Origin: Bacillota bacterium | Lineage (GTDB): Bacteria > Bacillota > Dehalobacteriia > UBA4068 > UBA4997 | Direction: 5' to 3' | Assembly (NCBI GenBank): GCA_021771915.1 | Contig: JAETNY010000004.1 | Location: forward strand, 80,945 to 144,944 | DNA length: 64,000 bases | Shown: one piece after another, positions 18,698-29,671 of the stretch | Position numbering within the stretch: position 1 is the first letter of the stretch | How the letters are laid out: each line of letters opens with the position of its first letter | Notes under the pieces: model-generated | The model's database searches: none | Seen by the model: the letters and a program-made list of their open reading frames with translations, nothing else | Told to the model about the DNA's origin: nothing | Program-made: the position numbers and the translations under genes

Positions 18698-19888
18698 ATG
18701 ACTATGGAAAACCGGGAAACCGATTATCTGAATGACAACGCGAAAATTTTTGTGGTGGGTGTTGGCGGTGGCGGCAATAACGCCGTAAATCGTATGATAG
18801 ACTGTGGTTTGGATACTGTGGAATTTTTAGCGCTGAATACAGACAGCCAGGCTTTGCAGATTTCTCGTGCCAAGCATAAGGTGCAGATTGGTCAAAAATT
18901 GACCAAGGGTCTGGGCGCTGGGGCTGACCCGGAGGTTGGCCGCAAGGCCGCCGAGGAAAGCCGGGAAGAAATTAAAGGTAAATTGCAAGGCGCTGATATG
19001 ATATTTATTACAGCTGGTATGGGCGGTGGCACGGGCACTGGCGCAGCGCCGGTGGTTGCTGACTTGGCCAGAGAGTTGGGCGCGCTAACGGTGGGCGTGG
19101 TTACCAAACCATTTAGCTTTGAGGGTCGCAAACGTGCGCAGCAGGCTGAAATGGGTATTACGGATTTGAAAGAAAAGGTAGACGCGATTATCACGATACC
19201 TAATGATAAAATTTTGCAGATGATTGACAAAAAAACTTCAATGGCTGAAGCGTTTTCTTATGCTGACGAAGTGTTGCGACAGGGTGTGCAGGGTATTTCT
19301 GATTTGATTTCTAAATCGGCATTTATTAATGTGGACTTTGCCGATGTTAAGACGATTACCAAGAACGCTGGCACAACTATGATGGGTATTGGTATTTCCG
19401 ATGGTGAAAACAAAGCCTTGGAGGCTGCACAGGCTGCTATTTCCAGCCAGCTGTTGGAAACAAGTATTGATGGCGCCAAGGGCATCTTATTCAACATCAC
19501 CGGCGGCAGCAACTTGTCTATGATGGATATTAATGAAGCTTCTGATTTCATTTCCAGTGTGGCTGACCCAGATGCAAACATCATTATGGGTGCTGGATAT
19601 GATGAATCTTTGGGCGAAGCTATTCGCGTAACGGTTGTGGCAACTGGTTTTGATGGCAAACCAAAAACCTCGCCGTTTGGTCTGCCGACTGGTGGCCTGA
19701 AAATGCCTGGTAACCGTGCTAACAACAATATGGGTGGAGGTCTTAGCCTGCCGACACGTCGTGAGCAGGAACCGCCTATGAATCAGGGACAAGCAGCATC
19801 TCCGGCGCAGCAAAATGCACCAGAGCCGCCGTCTTTCAAAGTGCCCTCTTTTGACGATGTGGAACTGCCGTCTTTTTTACGTAAATAA
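18698..19888 (+). CDS. ftsZ: cell division GTPase FtsZ
   Basis: [13 protein letters not shown], the tubulin signature [11 protein letters not shown], and the conserved C-terminal peptide [11 protein letters not shown]. Confidence 0.98.
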   Translation: MTMENRETDYLNDNAKIFVVGVGGGGNNAVNRMIDCGLDTVEFLALNTDSQALQISRAKHKVQIGQKLTKGLGAGADPEVGRKAAEESREEIKGKLQGADMIFITAGMGGGTGTGAAPVVADLARELGALTVGVVTKPFSFEGRKRAQQAEMGITDLKEKVDAIITIPNDKILQMIDKKTSMAEAFSYADEVLRQGVQGISDLISKSAFINVDFADVKTITKNAGTTMMGIGISDGENKALEAAQAAISSQLLETSIDGAKGILFNITGGSNLSMMDINEASDFISSVADPDANIIMGAGYDESLGEAIRVTVVATGFDGKPKTSPFGLPTGGLKMPGNRANNNMGGGLSLPTRREQEPPMNQGQAASPAQQNAPEPPSFKVPSFDDVELPSFLRK

Positions 19889-19923
19889 TTAGTAATCATG
19901 TAATGTTTTATAGTAAAGCATAG

Positions 19924-19956
19924 GGCGGCTTTTCTTTACGAAAAGCCGTCTTTTCT
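19924..19956 (+). terminator. Rho-independent terminator after ftsZ
   Basis: GGCGGCTTTTC pairs with GAAAAGCCGTC, followed by TTTTCT. Confidence 0.7.
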
Positions 19957-19992
19957 GATAAAAATCAGAAAACGACAAAAGGGGAGGAGAAT

Positions 19993-22248
19993 ATGAAGTC
20001 TGAACAACAGGTTGCGACCAGCATTGATGAATTGTTGGCGCAAATTCATGAATATAATCCGGGCTTTGATGAAGAACGAGTGAAACAGGCTTATGAGTTG
20101 GCTGCGCGATTGCATAAAGACCAGGTACGTGATTCCGGTGAACCTTATATTATGCACCCCTTGGCAGTGGCCAGTATTCTGGCCGGGCTGCATATGGACG
20201 ACACGACGATTATGGCCGGTTTAATGCATGATATAGTTGAAGATACTGAAATGACGCTTGACGACATCAATGAACTTTATGGGCCGGAAATGGTTTTGTT
20301 GCTGGACGGTGTAACTAAGCTTTCCAAGTTGGCTTTCCGTTCCAAACAGGAGCGTCAGGTGGAAAACTTGCGTAAAATGTTTCTGGCAATGAGCAAGGAT
20401 ATTCGCATTATTATTATCAAATTGGCTGACCGTCTGCATAATATGCGCACATTGTCTACACATCATTCAGAGTTGCGCAAGAAAGAAATTGCTCTGGAAA
20501 CGCAGGAAATTTTTGCGCCCCTGGCACATCGTTTGGGTATTTATAAAATCAAATGGGAACTGGAGGATCTTTGCTTACGCTATTTGGAGCCGGAGGCTTA
20601 TCAAAATCTGGTTGAGCAGATTACAATGCGCCGAGATGAGCGCGAGCAGCTGTTAAATCAAGTTGGCGAAACTATTCAAGAACATTTGCAGGAGGCCAAT
20701 ATCAAGGCTGAAATCAGCGGCCGGCCTAAAAATTTTTATTCGATTTATCGTAAAATGCAGCGGCAAAATAAAAATCTGAATGAAATCTATGATATTCACG
20801 CGGTGCGTGTACTGGTGGATACGATTAAAGATTGTTATGGCGCACTGGGCACGGTGCATACCCTTTGGAAACCAATGCCAGGACGTTTTAAGGATTATAT
20901 TGCCATGCCTAAGGCTAATATGTATCAGAGCCTGCATACTACGGTTATTGGTCCTTCCGGTCAGCCGGTGGAAGTGCAAATCCGTACCTATGAAATGCAT
21001 AAGGTGGCGGAATATGGTATTGCGGCACATTGGAAGTACAAAGAGGGCAAAGTTGGCATGGATAACACCAGCAATGCCCGGGATATGGATAATCGTCTAG
21101 CCTGGATGCGCCAGATGCTGGAGTGGCAGAAAGAAATAAGCGACGCCAAGGAATTTGTAGAAAATGTTAAAGGGGACTTATTCGGCGAAACCTCTGTTTT
21201 TGTTTTTACGCCGGCTGGTGATGTGGTAGAATTACCTTATGGGGCAACTCCGATTGACTTTGCCTATCGTATTCATACGCAGGTTGGTCATCAATGTGTA
21301 GGCGCTAAGGTTGACGGCCGTATTGTGCAGCTGGATACCACTTTAGCAAACGGCAATATTGTGGAGGTTTTAACCACTCGAGGCACCGGTCCCAGCCGTG
21401 ATTGGCTGAAAATTGCCCGGACTACACAGGCAAAGAACAAAATTCGTCAGTGGTTCCGCCAGAAAGGCCGCGATGAATTTTCTGTACAAAAAGGCCGGAC
21501 AATGCTGGAAAAAGAGGCCGAAAAGCAGAATATGGATTTAACAGCCATGTTCAAAAGTGACCGCATCAATGAAATCAGTAAAAAAGCCAATTTTGTTTCG
21601 GCTGAAGATATGTATGTAGCGTTGGCAGAGGGTGCAATAACGCCTATTGGTATTGTAAACCGGATAAAAGACGATAATAATTTGCGTAAAGCGCTTTTCT
21701 TGGAGCCAGATACACAAGGCGCCGCTAAAACTGCACCATCACCGATGAAGCTGCGTCCGTTTAGCGAGGGTAACGCTACGCATGATAAGGGCGTTTGGGT
21801 TAAAGGTGAAGCCGATTTGATGGTGCGCATTGCCAACTGTTGCCGTCCATTGCCCGGTGATGAAATTATCGGTTATATTACGCGCGGCCGGGGTGTATCC
21901 GTGCATAAGCTGGATTGTCCAAACATTAAATATTATCAGCGGCATGAATCAGAGCGTTTGGTCGACGTACAATGGGACAATGAGAATACCGGTGTTTTTC
22001 AAGCTGAAATTGGTTTGGCGGCAATGGACCGGGACGCGTTGGCTATGAATGTGATGTCGGCTATTGCAGAAACCAAAACACGCATTAATTCAATTAATTT
22101 TGATGTTGATGAAAATAAGGTATGCCATGGTATAGTGCGTATTGAAATTAATAATTTAAACCAGTTGGAATATATTATCAATAAACTGAAAAAAATTCGC
22201 GGAGTAACCGATGTTCATCGTCGGACTTTAGGCGATAATAATTTATAA
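19993..22248 (+). CDS. relA: bifunctional (p)ppGpp synthetase/hydrolase (RelA/SpoT homologue)
   Basis: HD hydrolase motifs (HPLAVA, HDIVEDT), the synthetase domain ([17 protein letters not shown]), and TGS and ACT domains. The length is 751 aa. Confidence 0.97.
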   Translation: MKSEQQVATSIDELLAQIHEYNPGFDEERVKQAYELAARLHKDQVRDSGEPYIMHPLAVASILAGLHMDDTTIMAGLMHDIVEDTEMTLDDINELYGPEMVLLLDGVTKLSKLAFRSKQERQVENLRKMFLAMSKDIRIIIIKLADRLHNMRTLSTHHSELRKKEIALETQEIFAPLAHRLGIYKIKWELEDLCLRYLEPEAYQNLVEQITMRRDEREQLLNQVGETIQEHLQEANIKAEISGRPKNFYSIYRKMQRQNKNLNEIYDIHAVRVLVDTIKDCYGALGTVHTLWKPMPGRFKDYIAMPKANMYQSLHTTVIGPSGQPVEVQIRTYEMHKVAEYGIAAHWKYKEGKVGMDNTSNARDMDNRLAWMRQMLEWQKEISDAKEFVENVKGDLFGETSVFVFTPAGDVVELPYGATPIDFAYRIHTQVGHQCVGAKVDGRIVQLDTTLANGNIVEVLTTRGTGPSRDWLKIARTTQAKNKIRQWFRQKGRDEFSVQKGRTMLEKEAEKQNMDLTAMFKSDRINEISKKANFVSAEDMYVALAEGAITPIGIVNRIKDDNNLRKALFLEPDTQGAAKTAPSPMKLRPFSEGNATHDKGVWVKGEADLMVRIANCCRPLPGDEIIGYITRGRGVSVHKLDCPNIKYYQRHESERLVDVQWDNENTGVFQAEIGLAAMDRDALAMNVMSAIAETKTRINSINFDVDENKVCHGIVRIEINNLNQLEYIINKLKKIRGVTDVHRRTLGDNNL

Positions 22249-22265
22249 CAGGGAGATTAGTTTTT

Positions 22266-22721
22266 ATGCGTGCGGTGGTGCAAAGAGTAACTTCGGCTCG
22301 GGTTTTGCTTCAGGAGCAGGACGGAAAAGTGGCAGGAGTAATCGGCCAGGGGTTGGTTGTTTTGTTGGGCGTTGGCAAAGAGGATAAGGCGGAAGACGTT
22401 CGTTGGTTGGCGGAAAAAATTGTTAATCTGCGAATTTTTGCTGACGCTGAGGGAAAAATGAATTTGAGCGTGCAGGATATAGGCGGCGAGATTTTAGCTG
22501 TTTCTCAGTTTACGCTTTACGGCGATTGCCGTCGTGGTCGTCGTCCTGGTTTTGACCAGGCTGCCGCACCATCTGTGGCCAATGAACTTTATCAACTGTT
22601 TGTGGCAGAACTGCAAAAGAACGTACCAGTGGCCTGCGGTGTTTTTCAAACCGATATGCTGGTGGAAATCAATAATGATGGGCCAGTGACTATGCTGCTG
22701 GACAGTCAAAAGCTGTTTTAA
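22266..22721 (+). CDS. dtd: D-aminoacyl-tRNA deacylase
   Basis: MRAVVQRV start and the SQFTLYGD and GRRPGF motifs. It lies downstream of relA, as in Bacillus. Confidence 0.95.
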   Translation: MRAVVQRVTSARVLLQEQDGKVAGVIGQGLVVLLGVGKEDKAEDVRWLAEKIVNLRIFADAEGKMNLSVQDIGGEILAVSQFTLYGDCRRGRRPGFDQAAAPSVANELYQLFVAELQKNVPVACGVFQTDMLVEINNDGPVTMLLDSQKLF

Positions 22722-22740
22722 AATACAGGAGGTTAGCTAA

Positions 22741-23388
22741 TTGATGATAGATTATAAATTGCCTGATGAAAATTTGCTGTTACAACGTCTGGAACTTGGT
22801 TCTATTGCCACAAACTGCTATATATTGGCGGATAAAGAGGCGCAGGAATTGGCAGTGATAGACCCGGCCGGGGATTTTGAAGTTTTATCAGCGGCGATAG
22901 AGCAAACTGGCTGCCGGGTTAAATATATTTTTAATACGCATGGCCATTGGGACCATATTGGCGCTAATGCCAAGCTGCATGCACAAACCGGCGCGCCAAT
23001 TTTAATTCATGCCGCAGACGCGCCAATGCTGGAGCAGGGTTATGACCGCCTGTTTCAGGTGCGTGTTGAACCCTCAAAGGCTGATAAATTGCTGGAGGAA
23101 GGGCAGAGTTGGCCGCTTGGGCAGTATAATCTTGAAGTTTTAACAACACCCGGGCATACTAAGGGTGGTGTTTCACTGTTGGTGCCGGAAAGAATGGTTT
23201 TTTCTGGTGATACGCTTTTTCAGCTTTCGATTGGTCGTACTGATTTGCCCGGCGGCGATTATCAGGAATTGATTAACAGCGTTCGCAATAAGCTTTTTTC
23301 GTTGCCAGACGATTTACCGGTTTTTCCCGGGCATGGTGCTCATACCTTTATTGGTGAGGAAAAACAATATAATCCCTTTTTTAAATAG
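22741..23388 (+). CDS. MBL-fold metallo-hydrolase (glyoxalase II-like)
   Basis: HxHxDH motif THGHWDHIG, plus TPGHTKGG and FPGHG. Confidence 0.85.
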   Translation: MMIDYKLPDENLLLQRLELGSIATNCYILADKEAQELAVIDPAGDFEVLSAAIEQTGCRVKYIFNTHGHWDHIGANAKLHAQTGAPILIHAADAPMLEQGYDRLFQVRVEPSKADKLLEEGQSWPLGQYNLEVLTTPGHTKGGVSLLVPERMVFSGDTLFQLSIGRTDLPGGDYQELINSVRNKLFSLPDDLPVFPGHGAHTFIGEEKQYNPFFK

Positions 23389-23428
23389 AATTTATGAATT
23401 TTACTGTTTGATTTATGGAGGATTGGTT

Positions 23429-24694
23429 ATGCTGACCAAAAGGCCGCGAGGCACAAATGATTTTTTGCCGGAGGATACTGCTAAATGGCAATATATTGAA
23501 AAATTGCTGCGAGAAATTTGCCGTCAATTTGGCTATGCTGAATTGCGTACTCCGATTTTTGAGGAAACCGCTCTGTTTTTGCGTGGTGTTGGTGATACGA
23601 CTGATATTGTGCAAAAAGAGATGTATACATTTGAGGATACTGGTGGCCGCAGTTTAACACTGCGGCCAGAGAACACAGCTTCGGCTGTGCGCGCTTATGT
23701 GGAAAATAAGCTTTTTGCCGGCCAGCAGCCGGTGCGTCTGTTTTATATGGGGCCAATGTTCCGATATGAGCGGCCGCAGGCAGGGCGTTTTCGTCAATTT
23801 CATCAGTTTGGCGTGGAATGTTTTGGTCCGGCTTCACCAGCGGCTGATGCGGAAGTTATAGCTTTGGCCTGGGAATTTTATCGCCGACTGGGTCTTAAAA
23901 ATTTGGAATTAAATCTGAACAGCGTGGGCTGCCCCAACTGTCGGCCAGCTTATCGGCAGGCTTTGCAGGATTTCCTGCGTCCTCATCTGTTAGAACTTTG
24001 TCCAACCTGTCAGGAGCGTTTTGAAAAAAATCCGTTGCGCATTTTGGATTGTAAAAATCCGCAGTGTCAACAGTTTTTACAGGGAGCGCCAACCACGCTT
24101 GATGCGCTTTGTGATGAATGTCATGAGCATTTTGAGGCGGTGCAGTCTTATTTACATGCTGCGGCAATTCCTTATCGCTTAAATACCAAACTGGTGCGAG
24201 GTTTGGATTATTATACCAACACGGCTTTTGAAATACTACTTTCAGATATTGGTGCGCAAAGTGCGGTATGTGGCGGCGGCCGTTATAATGGTCTGGTAGA
24301 GGAATTGGGCGGCAAAGCAACGCCCGGTGTGGGTTTTGCCTTGGGTATGGAGCGTGTATTCAGTGCATTGACTGCCCAGAAACTGGCTCTGCCGGAGCAG
24401 CCTGGATTGGACGTATTTGTTGCCGTTTTGGACAAGCAGGCTCAGACTATGGCTTTTCAGCTGGCCTGTAATTTACGCCAGTCAGGTTTGGCTGCTGGAT
24501 ATGACACTATGGAGCGCAGCTTAAAAGCACAGTTTAAGTATGCAGACAGTCAAAGGGCTGCTTATACGCTGTTAGTTGGCGGTGAGGAACTGACCAGAGA
24601 CAGTGTGGTACTGCGCGATATGCAGAGTAGTGAGCAGACGGAGCAGAGCATTAATGAAATCGTGGCTATACTCAAGGAAAAATTGGCAAAATAA
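23429..24694 (+). CDS. hisS: histidine--tRNA ligase
   Basis: PRGTNDFLPED, class II motifs (MFRYERPQAGRFRQFHQ, GGGRYNGL). ATG 23429 follows RBS GGAGGA. The ORF-track start at 23333 would overlap the preceding gene. Confidence 0.96.
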   Translation: MLTKRPRGTNDFLPEDTAKWQYIEKLLREICRQFGYAELRTPIFEETALFLRGVGDTTDIVQKEMYTFEDTGGRSLTLRPENTASAVRAYVENKLFAGQQPVRLFYMGPMFRYERPQAGRFRQFHQFGVECFGPASPAADAEVIALAWEFYRRLGLKNLELNLNSVGCPNCRPAYRQALQDFLRPHLLELCPTCQERFEKNPLRILDCKNPQCQQFLQGAPTTLDALCDECHEHFEAVQSYLHAAAIPYRLNTKLVRGLDYYTNTAFEILLSDIGAQSAVCGGGRYNGLVEELGGKATPGVGFALGMERVFSALTAQKLALPEQPGLDVFVAVLDKQAQTMAFQLACNLRQSGLAAGYDTMERSLKAQFKYADSQRAAYTLLVGGEELTRDSVVLRDMQSSEQTEQSINEIVAILKEKLAK

Positions 24695-24715
24695 GCAAAA
24701 AAATTTAATTTAGGC

Positions 24716-24743
24716 TTGTCTGCACGCAAAATTGTGATATAAT
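24716..24743 (+). promoter_or_regulatory. candidate promoter of aspS with an extended -10
   Basis: TTGTCT (24716-24721), a 16-nt spacer, then TGaTATAAT (TATAAT at 24738-24743). Confidence 0.45.
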
Positions 24744-24785
24744 ATATTTATATATTTTGTTGCTGTTATTAGGAGGAAAAAATAA

Positions 24786-26588
24786 ATGAGTGAGTCTTTG
24801 GCAGGGTTGCGCCGCAGTATGATGTGCGGTGAGGTTGGATTGGCACAGGTTGACACAGAGGTTACATTGATGGGCTGGGTACAGCGTCGGCGTGACCATG
24901 GTGGTTTGATTTTTATTGATTTACGTGACCGTACCGGTCTGGTGCAAATTGTTTTTGACCCGGAAAGCGGTGCCGATGCGTTCGGCAAGGCAGAGCGTGT
25001 GCGCAATGAATATGTGCTGGCTGCGATTGGCAAGGTGCGTCCGCGGCCGGAGGGAACTGTAAATCCCAATTTACCGACTGGTGAAGTTGAAGTTTATATC
25101 AGTGAAGTCAGGGTTCTGGCCGCGGCTAAAACACCACCGTTTGCGATTGAAGATGGCGTTGAAGTGGACGAGTTGGTGCGTCTGAAATATCGCTATCTGG
25201 ATTTGCGCCGACCGGAAATGCAGGCTAATTTACAGTTGCGCCATAAGGTGGCTTTTGCTATGCGCGATTATCTGAACCGTAACGGTTTTTTGGAAATTGA
25301 AACGCCGGTTTTGGGTAAAAGCACACCGGAGGGTGCACGTGATTATCTGGTGCCAAGCCGCGTACACCCGGGCGCTTTTTATGCTTTGCCGCAATCACCA
25401 CAGCTTTATAAGCAGCTGTTAATGGTTTCTGGTTTTGATAAATATTTCCAGATTGCTCGCTGTTTTCGTGATGAGGATTTGCGTGCAGACCGTCAGCCGG
25501 AGTTTACTCAGCTGGATTTGGAAATGTCATTTATTGACGAGGAAACTATTCAGGGCTTAATGGAGGGTTTGGTAGCAGAGATTTTTGAGCGTTCTATGGG
25601 AGTTAAACTGCAAACGCCTTTCCGGCGTTTAACCTGGCATGAAGCTATGGAAACTTATGGTTCTGATAAGCCAGACCTGCGTTTTGATTTGCCATTGATT
25701 GACGTTGCGGATTTGGTAGTGGACAGTAACTTTAAAGTTTTCGCTAATGTAGCGAAAGGTGGCGGTCGGGTTAAGGGTATCAACGCCAAAGGCTGCGCAA
25801 AATATTCACGTCGTGAGATTGACGCACTGACTGCTTATGTGGCCATTTATGGCGCTAAAGGTCTGGCTTGGCTGAAAGTTACAGAAAATGGTCTGGAATC
25901 TTCTATCAGTAAGTTCTTTACTGAAGAGCAGTTAGATGCGCTTTGTCAGCGTATGCAGGCCGAGCCTGGAGATTTGCTGCTGTTTGTGGCGGATAAACCG
26001 CTGATTGTGGCTGACGCGTTGGGGCATTTACGTTGTGAAATTGCCAAGCGCGAAAACTTGATTGATGAAAAAGAGTTTAATTTCTGCTGGGTAATCGAAT
26101 TTCCACTGCTGGAATGGTCAGAGGAGGAAAAGCGCTTTACAGCGATGCATCACCCTTTCACCTGTCCAATGCTGGAGAACGTGGAATATCTGGATACTGA
26201 CCCTGGTCGGGTTAGAGCGCGCGCCTATGATATGGTTCTTAATGGTATTGAACTGGGTGGCGGTTCTATCCGTATTCACAACATGGAGTTACAGGAAAAA
26301 ATGTTAGAGTGTCTGGGCTTTTCCAAAGAAAGCGCACATGAGAATTTTGGCTTTTTGCTGGACGCTTTCGAGTTTGGTGTTCCGCCGCATGGTGGCATGG
26401 CTTTTGGTCTGGATCGCATGATTATGTTGATGACTGGGGCTGAAAGTATACGCGACGTTATTGCTTTCCCCAAAACGCAGAGCGCGTCTTGTATGCTGAC
26501 ACAGGCTCCGGGTGAGGTTACAGATAAACAACTTAAGGAATTGGCTATTCGGGTTAGCATGCAGGCCAAGGCAGAGAAACAAAAATAA
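24786..26588 (+). CDS. aspS: aspartate--tRNA ligase
   Basis: OB-fold N-terminus ([19 protein letters not shown]) and class II motifs ([30 protein letters not shown]). The length is 600 aa. Confidence 0.97.
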   Translation: MSESLAGLRRSMMCGEVGLAQVDTEVTLMGWVQRRRDHGGLIFIDLRDRTGLVQIVFDPESGADAFGKAERVRNEYVLAAIGKVRPRPEGTVNPNLPTGEVEVYISEVRVLAAAKTPPFAIEDGVEVDELVRLKYRYLDLRRPEMQANLQLRHKVAFAMRDYLNRNGFLEIETPVLGKSTPEGARDYLVPSRVHPGAFYALPQSPQLYKQLLMVSGFDKYFQIARCFRDEDLRADRQPEFTQLDLEMSFIDEETIQGLMEGLVAEIFERSMGVKLQTPFRRLTWHEAMETYGSDKPDLRFDLPLIDVADLVVDSNFKVFANVAKGGGRVKGINAKGCAKYSRREIDALTAYVAIYGAKGLAWLKVTENGLESSISKFFTEEQLDALCQRMQAEPGDLLLFVADKPLIVADALGHLRCEIAKRENLIDEKEFNFCWVIEFPLLEWSEEEKRFTAMHHPFTCPMLENVEYLDTDPGRVRARAYDMVLNGIELGGGSIRIHNMELQEKMLECLGFSKESAHENFGFLLDAFEFGVPPHGGMAFGLDRMIMLMTGAESIRDVIAFPKTQSASCMLTQAPGEVTDKQLKELAIRVSMQAKAEKQK

Positions 26589-26627
26589 AAAAATTACAAA
26601 AAAGTTAAAAATATTCCGTTTGGGTGA

Positions 26628-26656
26628 TTGATTTTTTTCATTATTTAGGCTATAAT
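26628..26656 (+). promoter_or_regulatory. near-consensus sigma-A promoter driving the 6S RNA candidate
   Basis: TTGATT (26628-26633), a 17-nt spacer, then TATAAT (26651-26656). Confidence 0.7.
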
Positions 26657-26662
26657 GTTAAC

Positions 26663-26866
26663 GATAGCGGAATATAATAAATTTGCCCGACAGTGTGCGA
26701 AGAGATGCTGATAAGTTTTGAGCCAACACTCAAAATATGGGAATCTTATATTTGTCTGTGGACTTAATGCCTCCATCGAGTGGACTAAGGAAGCAGCTTG
26801 CGGAATCCCACCTGCATATGCAGGTTCAAAACATTGGCATTAGACCGGCATTGTGGGGCATTTTTT
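26663..26866 (+). ncRNA. ssrS: 6S RNA (SsrS / 6S-1-like); boundaries approximate
   Basis: A non-coding stretch of about 200 nt with its own strong promoter. A long-range closing helix pairs GCCCGACAGTG (26686-26696) with CATTGTGGGGC (26849-26859), followed by a T-run. Internal hairpins are TTTTGAGCCAACACTCAAAA and ACCTGCATATGCAGGT followed by TCAA. It lies immediately downstream of aspS, as B. subtilis bsrA does. Confidence 0.7.
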
Positions 26867-26935
26867 AATTAACACTTAGTGATTGCCAAACTTTGGTTAT
26901 TTGTTTGTTAATATTTTGCAAGGGGAGGAGTTTTT

Positions 26936-27673
26936 GTGGCTTTAACACGGGAACAGGCAAAAGAAAAAATAATTGTGGCTTTGGACGTGCCAACGCGTGC
27001 GCAGGCATTGGAATTGGTGGCAAAGCTTTATGACGATGTGGGAGCATTTAAAATTGGTATGCAGCTTTATAATGCTGAGGGCCCCAGGATTGTGCATGAT
27101 ATTCAAAAGCAGGGTGGTAAGGTTTTTATTGATTTGAAATTGCATGATATACCAAATACTGTGGCGGAAGCGACTAAGGTTTTAACCGGTTTACAAGCAT
27201 TTATTATGACATTGCATGCCAGCGGTGGTAAAAAGATGTTGGCTGCGGCAGCGCAAAGCGCCAGAGAAAATGTGCCAGAGGGCGGACGCAAACCGTTGGT
27301 GGTTGCTGTAACTGTTTTAACCAGCTTGAGTCAGCAGGAATTTACAGATGAGATTGGCATTGAACGGCCAATTGCTGAGCAGGTTGTAAATTGGGCCAAG
27401 CTGGCGCAGGCTGCTGGTTTGGACGGCGTAGTGGCCTCGCCGCAGGAAATTGACGTTATACGCCAGGCTTGTGGCAAAGATTTTGTGATTATTACGCCTG
27501 GTATTCGTCCGCTTTGGGCGGCGGCCAATGACCAGAGCCGTATTATGATGCCCAAACAGGCCGTTGAAGCCGGCGCTGATTATCTGGTAATTGGCAGGCC
27601 GATTACTGCTCAACCAGACCAGGCGGAGGCTGCAAAAAGAATTGTAGCTGAAATTATGGAGGCTGAGATTTAA
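26936..27673 (+). CDS. pyrF: orotidine 5'-phosphate decarboxylase
   Basis: IVALDV, FKIGMQLY, FIDLKLHDIPNTV and VIGRPIT motifs. GTG start with RBS GGGGAGGAG. Confidence 0.93.
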   Translation: MALTREQAKEKIIVALDVPTRAQALELVAKLYDDVGAFKIGMQLYNAEGPRIVHDIQKQGGKVFIDLKLHDIPNTVAEATKVLTGLQAFIMTLHASGGKKMLAAAAQSARENVPEGGRKPLVVAVTVLTSLSQQEFTDEIGIERPIAEQVVNWAKLAQAAGLDGVVASPQEIDVIRQACGKDFVIITPGIRPLWAAANDQSRIMMPKQAVEAGADYLVIGRPITAQPDQAEAAKRIVAEIMEAEI

Positions 27674-27675
27674 TT

Positions 27676-28062
27676 ATGTCTGATAATCGGCAGTTGTTGA
27701 TTAGTGCTGAACGAGCCTTGGCAACAATGAAAGAGGTCAGAGATAAATTGTCAAAAGCCGGAGATTGGGGCGTTTGGGATATGTTTGGCGGCGGTTTATT
27801 CATCAGTTTTGTCAAGCATGACCTTTTAGATGATGCAAAAAAGTGTCTGCAAAATGCTCAACATGATTTGGATATTTTACGCGAGCAGTTAGATACAGCA
27901 GATTTGCAGCTTGATTGTAGTGATAGCTTAAAAACAATAGATATTTGGTTTGATAATATTATTGCCGATATAATGATGCAGGATAAAATTAAAGATTTAA
28001 AGCAACAAGTTGAGCAGACGATTTATCAATTACAAAATTTAATTGCCATATTAAAAGCATAG
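27676..28062 (+). CDS. hypothetical coiled-coil protein, translationally coupled to pyrF
   Basis: The ATG lies 2 nt after the pyrF stop. The protein is 128 aa and helical/heptad-rich, and I recognise no family. Confidence 0.55.
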   Translation: MSDNRQLLISAERALATMKEVRDKLSKAGDWGVWDMFGGGLFISFVKHDLLDDAKKCLQNAQHDLDILREQLDTADLQLDCSDSLKTIDIWFDNIIADIMMQDKIKDLKQQVEQTIYQLQNLIAILKA

Positions 28063-28063
28063 T

Positions 28064-28098
28064 AAAAAGCCGTCGTTTTATTAGGACGACGGCTTTTT
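28064..28098. terminator. bidirectional Rho-independent terminator between convergent genes
   Basis: AAAAAGCCGTCGT pairs with ACGACGGCTTTTT, with A/T runs on both sides. Confidence 0.85.
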
Positions 28099-28111
28099 AA
28101 GTGCTCTTACC

Positions 28112-29581
28112 TTAACCTAAGCCTGTGTGGTTTTTTTTCAGCTTTAAGACCGCATTTGGCTTGGGAGTACGTACAAATATAAACGACATGATTAGTGAAA
28201 TTATACAAAACAGGGTGATAACTCCAAAGGAAATGTGTATGCCATAAAGATTGGCGGTGATATAATCTTCATTAGGACGCAGGCTGGCAAAGCTGGTCAT
28301 GATTGCCACAAAGAAAGTGGTTCCGATTGAACCGGCCACCTGGCGCAATGTGTTGTTAATTGCGGTGCCATGCGCCATGCGTTTGTTGCTTAAGGTGTTT
28401 AAGCCCCAGGTTGTAATTGGCATCATGGCCATGGAAACACCTACCATACGCATGGTGTAAATCAGGCAAATCAGAGCAAACGGAGTGCCGGGGTGCATAA
28501 ATACAAATGCGCCAGCTGATATGGTCAACATGGAAAGGCCGATAAGCACCAAACCGCGAGGGCCGTATTTGTCAAATATGCGGCCGGAAACTACATTCAT
28601 GATAGCCATACAAATTGCACCAGGTAACATGGCTAAACCGGCCTGCATGGCACTGAACCCCTGAATGTTCTGCATGAAAATAGGCAGCATTACCGCGCCA
28701 GAAATTAATGCCGCATTGGTAATCATAGCGATAATTGTGGCAATAGTAAACTGACGATAACGCAGGATACGTAAATCCAGAAATGGTTCCTTAAGGGTAA
28801 ACTGCCGTTTAACAAATATTGCTGAAGTCACAACGCCAATCACTATAAATAGCCAGGGCATTATATGTAAAAGACCAATATCGCCGGCGGCCGTGCAACC
28901 ATAGAGAAAAGAAGCCAAACCGATGCTGGAAAGAATAACAGAAGCTAAATCCAGCTGCGGACGACTTGTTTCTATAACATTTTCCAGTACAAAGCCGGCT
29001 AAAATTACGTCCAAAGCAGCCAGCGCCGTGATGATGTAGAACATAATATGCCAGCCCATTACATCAATAACCCAGCCGGCCAGGGTGGGGCCAATGGCCG
29101 GAGCCAGTGCCATAACCAGACCAATTACGCCCATAGCTGTGCCACGTTTGTTTAGTGGTACCAGAATTAACACAACTGTCTGACAAAGCGGCATCATGAT
29201 GCCAGCGCCAGCAGCCTGGAAGAAACGACCTATTAGAATTACCGTGAAATTGGGAGAAATTGCACACAGCAGGCAGCCAAAGGCAAAAAGTGACATAGCG
29301 CCTATAAAAAGACGCCGTGTGGGAAAGCGATTGATAAAAAAAGCTGTAAGCGGAATCATAATGGCAGAAACCAAAATAAAACCAGTGGTTAACCATTGCG
29401 CCACATTTGTGCTGACGTTAGTTTCTTCCATAATTGTGGGAAGGGCAGGCGTTAGCACAGTTTCTGAAAACATGGTGATAAAGCCGCCAGAAACCAACAA
29501 GGCAATAATAAGAAGAACTTTCTTAAAATTTTGCTGATAATCGATTGTTGAAGATGATTTAGAAGAATTTTGTTTTGACAT
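28112..29581 (-). CDS. MFS transporter, DHA2 (EmrB/QacA-like, 14-TM) drug:H+ antiporter family
   Basis: 489 aa and polytopic. MFS motif A-like GRFPTRRLF and motif C-like PAIGPTLAGWV. Confidence 0.88.
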   Translation of the reverse strand: MSKQNSSKSSSTIDYQQNFKKVLLIIALLVSGGFITMFSETVLTPALPTIMEETNVSTNVAQWLTTGFILVSAIMIPLTAFFINRFPTRRLFIGAMSLFAFGCLLCAISPNFTVILIGRFFQAAGAGIMMPLCQTVVLILVPLNKRGTAMGVIGLVMALAPAIGPTLAGWVIDVMGWHIMFYIITALAALDVILAGFVLENVIETSRPQLDLASVILSSIGLASFLYGCTAAGDIGLLHIMPWLFIVIGVVTSAIFVKRQFTLKEPFLDLRILRYRQFTIATIIAMITNAALISGAVMLPIFMQNIQGFSAMQAGLAMLPGAICMAIMNVVSGRIFDKYGPRGLVLIGLSMLTISAGAFVFMHPGTPFALICLIYTMRMVGVSMAMMPITTWGLNTLSNKRMAHGTAINNTLRQVAGSIGTTFFVAIMTSFASLRPNEDYITANLYGIHISFGVITLFCIISLIMSFIFVRTPKPNAVLKLKKNHTGLG

Positions 29582-29633
29582 TATGTATTAAATTTGCCCT
29601 CCTTATATTTTTTATATTAATAGATAATTTATT

Positions 29634-29662
29634 ATTGTAGCATATATTTTACTGTTTGTCAA
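29634..29662 (-). promoter_or_regulatory. candidate promoter of the MFS gene
   Basis: On the minus strand: TTGACA (29662-29657), a 17-nt spacer, then TACAAT (29639-29634). Confidence 0.5.
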
Positions 29663-29671
29663 GAATTTTTG

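Noticed and set aside
23333-23428. An N-terminal extension of hisS. Analogous extensions occur for sdhA (44963-45013), murA (16246-16284) and the metal ATPase (32334-32393).
   Set aside because: The extensions overlap upstream genes or promoter/operator DNA. Internal ATG codons with proper GGAGG-type RBS give the canonical N-termini.
23389-24785. A T-box leader for hisS/aspS, as found in the B. subtilis hisS-aspS operon.
   Set aside because: Only about 40 nt precede hisS and 91 nt precede aspS. That is too short for a T-box of about 200-300 nt, and I saw no conserved T-box sequence (AAnnnGGGTGGTACCGCG-like).
26589-26935. A possible PyrR-binding attenuator or pyrimidine leader upstream of pyrF.
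   Set aside because: I saw no PyrR box (the ARUCCAGAGAGGYU-like loop). The region has its own strong promoter and 6S-like architecture, so it is called as 6S RNA.
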